A program made the position numbers and the translations under genes. The notes under the pieces were generated by a model. It had not been told where the DNA came from. It saw only the letters and a program-made list of their open reading frames with translations, and ran no database searches. A DNA stretch of 63,654 bases, counting the filler, from Platydemus manokwari (lineage: Eukaryota), in NCBI GenBank assembly GCA_037951405.1. It is 4 parts of 4 records of this genome, joined end to end, with 100 filler letters (N's around TTAATTAATTAA, not from the genome) between each part and the next. Parts side by side here need not be neighbours in the genome. Positions count along the whole stretch, not along the records: positions 18,790 to 35,187 come from JBBMOY011179211.1; positions 35,288 to 54,658 come from JBBMOY011978044.1; 2 more parts are not named here. One strand, 5' to 3'. Positions within the stretch are counted from its first letter, which is position 1, and each line of letters starts with the position of its first letter. Below, piece by piece: positions 29,501 through 39,400 of this stretch.

Positions 29501-31666
29501 ATTCATGCTATTTTCATAGTGGCCAATTCTGATCGATTGAGTTAATTATTGATGACTTGCATTTGTGCAATCTCAATTATAAGCATGTATATCACAAAAT
29601 AGATATTATTCGACAATTTTCTTATCTGTTTACAGTGTTGAAATTTATTATTTACTTCAATTGTTCCGAAGTTATTTTATAAACCTACATCCGTTTACAA
29701 TGTCGATATTGATTATTTATTTCAATCGTTCCGAAGTTATTTTGCAAATCTAAATGGATACATTTTTATTTATTATCACTATAATTAACCTCAGACCCGC
29801 GACTATTCTTATGATCTTTTAAAATCTAATAAGAACTTACTTTAGGTTCTTCATTTTTATTTTTTATAGATGTTTTTTCTATCATCTAGGTGGTACACCC
29901 TTTACTATTCACTTGATGATACTAAACATCCACAATAGATTTATATATTATCTGCTAGTTGTTATAAAATTATTTTGAATATTTTTGACTGTCAAGTGTT
30001 TCAGTTGTTGAACATTGTAATATAATTTAGTATTTATATTTCAAATATTATTTTGATTATTATATTCGGGTGATTATTATCGCTAATAATCTTTATTTGT
30101 TTGAAATCGAGAAAGATAAGTTAAAGATTCTAAACCACTTTGACTTAAAGCTATAAATTGTATTGACGTTAACAAATCTTTAACAATTCTTTGTATTTTT
30201 ATATCTATTTCATTTAGTTTTCATTTGTTACAAAGTAGGTTCATATGGAAAAATATGACTTTCTGTGAATGATAATGTTGTAGGCATCGCTTGTTTGTTA
30301 TAGCTGTAGAATGCAGTGGTGTGGTTAAAATGTTAAAGTGACCAAGTCCATGACCAGGCTATCTATTAAGTATATTGGAAGTGGTATGAAAATTAATTGG
30401 AACTATTCTTCTGAAAGCCTTATTTAAAATTATATTAACATTAAAAAGTAATTTTTTTATTTTAATTGTAAAAATTATAATTAAAAATTTGTAGTTATTG
30501 AATTTCTATCACTTTCAACTATGAATATTTTTGTTGATTTTTTTATTCTTCTTTTAATCTTGAATGGCATTATAAAGAAGCATTAAAACTAGACATTTTT
30601 GATCTTCAAAATATCCGTAAAATTTTAAAAATTAAAGATTCTTCTGGAAGGAATATGTTGATGAATATCGATTTTTATTTTCAAAAAATGATATTTCTAT
30701 TTATGAAAGAAGCTCATTAATGTCAATGCTGTGAGCACATAAATAATGAATTGAAATTTGAAAAAATGTTTAAAATCAGATTATTATAAAATATTAAGTA
30801 TGTTTATATAATTAAAATAAAATATAATTTAGTGTCATGACTTTTCAGTGTGTTTCCAAAGCGTGTTTAATAAAATGTAGCGGCTTACAAAAATTAAGAA
30901 GAGTTACAAATTTAGTGCCTAGGAAACGCTACGAAATTAAATCGACTCTCAAGGATTTTTCAAACATCGACAATCTTTGTTTGACCTTTTCCAACACTCG
31001 CTGTATGTGATCGAATTTTGTCGAACGACGTCAGTTGCTACAGAAACCAACCGATCTAAGAGACATTTTACAAACATTCTAAATTATTTGACATAAAATG
31101 AATTTGAATTTTTAGAGAAAAAACATTTTAACTAAATGGATTTTATCATTATCATAAAACCACTCAAATTTAGATTTTAAAACAGAGTCATTGTGGCTAC
31201 CTTTAGATGAACATTTTAATTGATTTTATCTAGCAGAGATTTTATTGGATAATCATGATAATAATAATATAATTTGTGTATATGCGTATTTTATAATTTA
31301 AATGTCGGTGTTTCGTGAAAATTGTCCTGACAATCTAAGTTAAGGTTTTTCAATTTGACTTCCAAGGATTAGTCTGGATTTTTATTCCTTTTGTATTTAT
31401 TTTATAGATACCATAGGACATGCACATCCGAATTTTGGTTGCATTATTGAACTTTAATGCATACTAAAATTGTAATAATAAAATCTCAATATTAGCCATA
31501 ATATTCTATTAGAAAAATGTTTCTTTGTGACATGATTTGTTATGAATTTGATTTGATTATAATACGTTTTTCTAGTTTAAGTTTTATTAATTTATAGCTT
31601 TTAATTTTCTTCGAGATTGTCTTTAATACGACTTCTCTTTTCTCTTTCCATAGCAAGAAAGAAAAA

Positions 31667-33616
31667 CTAATTATCAACCAAATCTACTTCTGTTTCGGTA
31701 TCAATCTCACATGATTCAAATAAGGATTCTTTTAGTTTTGATTGCAAATATTTTTTGAAATAAAATTTATTGTGACGAAATTTATTTGATTTTTTCTTAT
31801 GCTCTTTAATGTTTTCATAACAAGATAGATTGGAGATGTTATTGAAACGCTCTTTATTATTAATTGATATTCTGATTTGATTTGGATTAAGACGATTATT
31901 AGAAAGATAACACGATGTTGTCAATGAATTATTGTGTTCCTCTTGAAGTGCTATAGAAAATGAGTTAAAGAAAGGTTTGCATTGTATTGATGATAGATAA
32001 TTTTTGTGTTGAAATACTCTTTTATTAGACAATCGTCTACAAATGTCTCTAGTTATTTTAGGAAGTTTCAATTTCGAGGATTTGAGTTGTTCTACAACCA
32101 TTTCATTTAAATCAACATCATAGGAAACTGACATCATTAATTTCCCAGAATCAGCTATTCCAATAGAATTAGAGTTTCTCATTTTACTTAATGAATTCGG
32201 AATTAAATATGTGATACAATCAATACTATCGGGGCTTGAAACACCGTTTTGATTGTTGTGAGTTCTTTTAGTGGTACCTGTTTCAATTTCCGATTCACAA
32301 AATGATTCCAGATCTTTATATTTTTCGATTTGATCAACCAGCTTATCCAAAGCAGAATCGAATGAAGTTTTTTCGATGCCTTCAGAAATAAACCAATGGA
32401 GATAAGCTTTCTTTTCCAATAATTTCGAATAATGATTTTTCAAACGATCCCATATCTTGGTAATTGATGTGGTATTTCCAAGATTACAAAGAGCTCTAGG
32501 TAGTTCTTCAATGTCTGTACAAGGAATAACACCTGGTAATTGGCCACTGATTGAGACCTTAAAATGACTCGGACACCAATCAACAAAATGTATATCAGAA
32601 TCGTTTTGTAAATATTTTAATCCATAATTGATAAGAGATGGACAACAATTTTCTCCACGATATAACAAGCAACATGATGTATATTTTCCCGAACTTGGAT
32701 CAATGGATATCGTTTGGTTTTCCAAATTAAAACTCAAACCAGCTAATTGATCGGGTGAAGCATGCATATCTACAGTAAATGGTACGTATGATACAATCGG
32801 ATAATGTATTCCGGGATATGGAACCAGATTTGTTTGGAAAATGGAGAAATCACTGGACATCTGACTAAAATATCGGTAAGATGTGGTTAATGAACTGAAT
32901 ATTTGGGATATGCGACGATTCAAATTAATATATTTAGGGTTATATTGTTTAAGTAATCTACTACAGATATTATAAAGAGCCTGATTGTCGAATAAAACCA
33001 TTAGATCGGCCTCGTTACCGAATGATGCCAGAGCTAGTACTTCATTGTATGGCTCAACAACACTTGTCGATAAAGAAGGTGACGATGAAATACAAAGATG
33101 AACAGTCGATGATTTTGGATTTAGTTGGCGAATTTTTTCCGTGATTCGTCCAGTTAACCCGGAACCAGTGCCTCCACCAATGGCATGAAACAAAATGAAT
33201 CCATTCAACATATCAGCTTTTTCAATTAAATGTCTAATATGATCGAAAATATTACCCATCATTTCATTGGCACAATAATGAAAACCTCGTCCAAAATTCC
33301 CCGAAGCACAATCCGACCCACTAATCAAACAAGTATTTTCAAATGAATTATAATGAATATGATCACGGATTTCATCAATGACCATAGATTCTGTATCGAT
33401 AAACAAGCTTCGTGGACAAAATCTGCCATTGTCAATCTCATGAAATAATGAATGAGTATTGTCGATCAATGGATCGGGACAATAACATAACATGTTTCCA
33501 TGATAATCCAATTCATGTTCTACTTTCATTAATTCCCACACCGCACTACCAATTTGTATACCAGCTTGTCCAATATGGAGACAGATAATTTCTCGGCCAT
33601 GTTTTATAAAACCCAT
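31667..33616 (-). CDS. Intronless divergent alpha-tubulin with ~210-aa C-terminal extension (649 aa)
   Basis: [49 protein letters not shown].FKV and [10 protein letters not shown]. The FQTNLVPYP and FVDWCP variants are alpha-type rather than beta-type. Confidence 0.93.
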   Translation of the reverse strand: [649 protein letters not shown]

Positions 33617-33722
33617 TTCAATAATTTTAAAATAAAATAAAAATCCATTATAAAACCAATATCTATATTAAAAAATATTAATTCGTTTTTTGTATAAATA
33701 TTTAATTCTTTATTTAATCGGT

Positions 33723-34425
33723 TTAGAAAATTGCATCCCATCCAGAATTCTCGTCCGCAGCATTATCCAATTCTTCTGGATAAATGTCGAAATTCGAACC
33801 ATCGAATGGATCTTTGATCTGTAATAAAATTGTAATTTAATTAATTAATTTATCAAATGAAAATAATAATAAATCATTATAAATTTATAAACACAATTAC
33901 AATCATCTACTCACAATCAACTGGAAAATGATAATGAGTTGATAAAATTATACAAAAGGGGATTGGGTTATACATTGATGAATGAAAAAAAATTATCTCA
34001 AAATAAGTTAAAATAAAATTAAACATAAAGAAGCTGATAACTGTTTGTAAGTAATACAATAGTGGTAAAAATAAAATTAAACTTTATATGATTTTCCGAT
34101 TAAGGTAAATCAAAATTACTTTTGGAGCAAACGGTGATTTCAACTTCATTTTTCGCAATTTATCCCATTCGAATCCTTGAAAATATCTAAATTCAAAAAT
34201 AAAACAGATCTGAAAATTGGCATAATTTTTTACTTATGGGATCTGATGTCCTGATATCCATTTTTACCATTTCCTAAACGTTCCGGTGGACTTTTACAAC
34301 ATAGTTGAATGATTAAACTGATAGCTTTTGGTGATAATTTTTTATTATGCGTTAAATCGATCGATTCGAAACCTTTTAATATCATTGAATAAATTTTCAT
34401 TGGTTCAGATGCTGAAAATGGAGGC
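33723..34425 (-). CDS. PRKG: cGMP-dependent protein kinase, last three exons (34234-34425, 34120-34186, 33723-33818)
   Basis: Spliced peptide PPFSASEPMKIYSMILKG...PPERLGNGKNGYQDIRSHK|YFQGFEWDKLRKMKLKSPFAPK|IKDPFDGSNFDIYPEELDNAADENSGWDAIF*. All junctions are GT-AG and phases agree. The DE.SGWD..F* ending is typical of PKG. Confidence 0.9.
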
Positions 34426-34669
34426 CTATGGGAATGATTGATAAGATCATATATCAATAATTAATAATATGGATAATATATCTAGCAAATATTATCATTA
34501 TAATTATTATAAAATTATGCAAATCTTTCACAATTCATATCACATTAATCTCTTTATTTATTTATTTGAAGGTCATTTAGATTCAAAATAATTGGGACAG
34601 ACTCGTGGAAATAATATGTCGAAAATGATATTTATATGAATATCTTTGATAGAAATTCACCTTTGGAAC

Positions 34670-34694
34670 TCTCCTCTCTCTCTCTTTTGATACG

Positions 34695-34728
<34 letters not shown>

Positions 34729-34737
34729 ATGTGTGTG
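34670..34737. repeat. Compound microsatellite (CT)n/(AT)n/(TG)n
   Basis: Directly visible in the sequence. Confidence 0.9.
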
Positions 34738-35187
34738 CAAATAATAAGATGATCAAAGACAACCTTTTAATAATAAAATACCATTTTGTTTAAATGATGT
34801 CAACGCATAATTGTGAAGAATTGATTTCACATTCAAATGTTCATATTTCAGATGGTTTGAGAAATTAAAATAAATCAAATGTTAGTCGTACTTCAATAAA
34901 TGTCAAATAAAACAAAAACAACAAAAAAACAACAACAAACGTTGATTTGTTTAGTTTAATATCGATTTTTGTTCCATGGCTCCAAATGATGTCAGGATCA
35001 AATTTGTTGAGTGTTTCTAAATCTCAAACCGATTCAAATTTCATTGAGTTGATTTTGTTGATATGATTCCAGGTCATTGTAAAATGATATCAATCAATGA
35101 CGAATTAAAATGGTGTAGCATTTTGACATGTTGTGAAGATTATTTAATGTTATCAAATGATATTTAATAGTTGTTATTAAAATGGTG

Positions 35188-35287
35188 NNNNNNNNNNNNN
35201 NNNNNNNNNNNNNNNNNNNNNNNNNNNNNNNTTAATTAATTAANNNNNNNNNNNNNNNNNNNNNNNNNNNNNNNNNNNNNNNNNNNN
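35188..35287. other. Assembly gap linker
   Basis: N44-TTAATTAATTAA-N44. Confidence 0.97.
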
Positions 35288-35439
35288 ATTGAATAAATAA
35301 GAAGTTAAAAAACTAAAACTGCTAATCGAAAACTATTAAAACGAATTTTGAAGTAATTTCGTTCTAATTAAGCTATATTTTTCATGTTTCTTCATTAAAT
35401 GGGGTTCTTATGAGATTATGTGCTTATTTAATTGCTAAT

Positions 35440-35970
35440 GTTCTGCCATAGCAAGGCCCGTATTGCTTTGAAACTTGTATTAAAGTCTTCATTTTTTAGA
35501 ATACTTTGTTGCATTTTTCGTTCGAAACTAGTTTTTCTCTATTTTTCCCAGATAACTCTTTTAAAGTACATAGTTTCTGTGAATAGTCCTATATGAATCT
35601 CATATATACATTCCTATGGAACTTCTTAGATTCTTTGTACATTTCGGTATTTTGAATTGCTTCAATTTTGTTTGGATCTGCCTTCATGCTATCGTCATTT
35701 ATAATGTGTGCGAGAAATTTAAATTCTTTAGTATTATGTTAAATTTTTCTTGGTTTACCCTTAATCTAGCCTTTCCCATTCTCTGGATCACTTTCTAAAT
35801 TGTATAGTGCTCTCATATTGTTTTTGAAAATATTAGTGCGCTCCTTAAGTGTAAATAAATCATTGCACCTTTATCTCTCATAATTTCAAGTATTTTCGTC
35901 AGTAGTTCTTAAAAAGCATCAGATGCTGTCCCAATTACAAATGGCATCCTAATGTAGAATTATTGTCTAA
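35440..35970 (-). mobile_element. Decayed Ty3/gypsy RT fragment
   Basis: FYIRMPFVIGTASDAF*, ARLRVNQEK, FKFLAHIINDDSMKADPNKIEAIQ, PKCTKNLRSSIG. Confidence 0.75.
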
Positions 35971-36427
35971 ACAATCGAGTTGAAGTGAAGCAAAATTATT
36001 CAAAGCGGCGTGACTAATATTAAATGTATCAGTTTTTAATATTCAAAAATTAAGGGGGATACATCAAACCGCTCTAGCGAAGTTCATCTAGATAAATAAT
36101 ACCGTCAATATTTAAATATCAAAAATCTATAAAAACCAATTAGGTATCACCTAGCTTGGTACAATTGTGAAGAGTAAAATATTTTCGAGATTTAAGCTAA
36201 TAATAAATTAAATATTGCAACTCATTGACTTTTCCAAAAAAACTATTTAAGCAAATTTTAAATTAATTACTTGAAGGAAATTGATTGCCATGGTATCTAT
36301 ATAATCACTTTATTTGTGGTTTCACAAGTCTACAACAGTAATCTACTGAAGACACGGGAAATTTATTTTATCATTCAATTATTATAATTAATAATAATAA
36401 TACAATTTAGGATATAATGATAGATAT

Positions 36428-39400
36428 TTACTCATTTAAATCAATCGCATGGTTACGGCTTGAAATTAAATATAAATCATTCATTGCATCTTCTAAAGTA
36501 TAGTCAATTTTGCCCAAAGATCTCTGTTCATTCACCAAATCCTGGATTTCTTTTTCATTAAATACAGGTTTCGTAGGAACAGGTTTGCGCAATTGTTTTC
36601 TTAGCGAATTGTTACATTGAATCCATCTTGAGAGGCAAGATTTTTCATGGATTATTATTGAATGTCGGGTAAATCGTCTACCGCAAACATAACAAACACA
36701 GCCAGGCATCCTTTTGATAGTTCTCGGTTTCAGTTTCGGTCTGAATGTTTCCACTGAATGTTTATCTTTATTGATTTGCTTGCATTCTATTTCATGCTGT
36801 TGACGATTGCCGAGATTGATCCATGTTCGACAAATATTACAACAAAAGTTTGTAAATTTCGGTTCTTTGCTGTCACGACCAAAAATACCATCTGGTGGAA
36901 TTTCAAAATCATCTTTGTGATGAAGTTGAGACTGGTCTGATACCATATGAAATTGTCGTATTGTTATTGGTGAATCACATTTTTTGCTTGAAAAACACCG
37001 GAAATCCGTTTTATAATATCCATATGGTGTTGGTATGCATTCACTTTTTCTCGATGTCCAATCGTGCCATTTGCCTTCTCCATTAAATTTTACAATTGCA
37101 TCTGGCCGGGTATTTTTCTGAACTATTGTTGGTATCATCGATTCATAAGTCGAATCATTAAAGTCATCCAAAGAATTCAATGAAGATTGAGAACGACGTT
37201 CATTTGTCTTACAATCTGCTTTATTGGTTATTTCATTTACAAGTTGATTATAAATTGCTGAGGGAGTTTTTTTCATTATTTTATCAGACGCTGATTTCAA
37301 ATCTTTACCAAGTTTTTTACAATTTTTTGGTAAAGTGAGTTCTGTTTTTCTAAAACTGGTATTGGATAATTTGTACTGGTTTTTATTTTTAGGACAAACA
37401 TAAAGTTGTGTGTGAGACCTTTCTTCATGGTGTGATATTTTGATTGGTACGGACGAACTGAAACATGTATGAGTTTTGTAATCAATGATAGGAATTTTAG
37501 GAAAGCATTCGGTTTGGTCTGATATATCACAGCTTTGAGATGGTGATAAATCGTGTTTAGATAATTCTTCTTCGGGAAATTTTTCTATGCAAATCAAATC
37601 ACAGACATGATCTATCACGAATTCGAATATATCACCGATAACATTATCCATTGCATCCACATGAAATTCTTCGTCTTTTTTTTCTGAGGCTTCTTTATCA
37701 ACTTCTTCTGAGGCTTCTTTATCAGTTTCATCTTTTAAACTTTCTTCTTTAATTGGGCTTTCGATAGTCAAGTTTTCCACTAAATCCTTTCTACTATCAG
37801 ATGATTTTTCATCGACTTTCGGTGATAACTTGTCTGAGATCTTTTCTGTACTTACATCATTTAATTGAAGAGTAGTTTTATTTTCTGATCCTTTTCCTGA
37901 TGATGATTTCGCTTCATCTTTTATTTCTGTCGTTTTCTGACTCGGGCTGGTATCTGATTTCACTTTGTCATCGGTTAATTTGTCAATGGGCTCACTTTGT
38001 TTTGGTTCACTAATTATTTCATGAACAATTGAAATCTTTTCACTTTCCGTAGTTCGTATCAAACTGTCCACTTTGACAATATTGTCATTGTCGGTAGGAT
38101 ATATTATTACTTCTTCAATGATCGACTTAACTTCAGTAGCGATAACGTATTTATTATTTGGGAACATTTGAATAATTTCAGATTCAAGATTTTCCAAATA
38201 CTTATCAGGTACAATAACACTGGAAAATGAACCACTTTTAGATAAGATATTCATATTCCCAGGTAGATTTTCAATAGCATCTTGAACGGAACCTTGAATA
38301 AAAGTCAGAGGTTTATCGATGCCGATATTCTGTGATCCTGGAACAATATCAAATTTATCTTGCACACTAATTCTATGTTTGTCTAGAATTTTTACATCAT
38401 GACTTATTTTTTTCAGTAATTTATCAGTAGCCTCTAATTCAGATATCAATTCAGGTGCTTCTTTGAAAGATGAGAATGTTTGCGATAGTTGATTGATAAA
38501 GTCTTCGGCAACTACATCATTTATCTTTTGATCAGACCAATTTAAAAGTTGTGTATCATGAGGTTTTTGACTAGTGGTTGTTGATGGTGGTCCCGTAATT
38601 CGAATTGATTCGATACTCTCTATTTTCGATGCTCTACTTTTATCTGATATACTTTGTACGTCAACTTGCCGAAAGTCGACTGATTTGATTTCAATTGTTT
38701 CATCGAAATCACGTTTCAGAGAATCTTGTTTGTGCTGTTTTAAACTTGGCCTATCGGAAAGTTTGGCATTGATCTTTATAGACGGTGGACTTTTAACATC
38801 AGATGTTTCAATATTATCAATTATATCTAATTGATTTTTATCCGATATGGTTTGAATATCAGCTACTTGACTTTCTAATGATTTTATAAGACTCGTTTCG
38901 TCATTGAAATGTCTCAAAGAATGTTCACCTTTTCTTGGTGAAATAGTAAGACTTTGTTTATCAGAAAATTTAGGGCTAGATATTATTTGAGATGTTTCTT
39001 TAAGTTTCGGTGATTCAATATTTTCCAATGTTGATAGTTTACTTTCTTCTATACTCCTATCAGCATTTCGATCTTCAGTTGATTTCATTGGGGTTGTATG
39101 CTCATTGAAAGATTTCTCCGATATTCTTGCTAGGTCTTTGGATATTAGCTTTTGTTCTGGTTTCTTTGAATACATAGCTTCTAAATTTTTTAATAAATAT
39201 TGAATAAATTCGTCATTGCTAAGATTGTGAAGCTTTGATAAATCCTTGGAATCTTTCTGCATAACGTTGTTGAATTTTGCAATTCTTTCAATGGATTTAG
39301 TAGACATAGTTGGCATTCCATTACTATCTAACCGTTTGACATCCTTAGTTACCTGATCTATTAATTCATCTGTGATATTCATTTCAGAAAGTCGTATTTT

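Noticed and set aside
34230-34457. 75-aa ORF as a standalone gene
   Set aside because: It is a PKG exon (34234-34425) read together with flanking intron.
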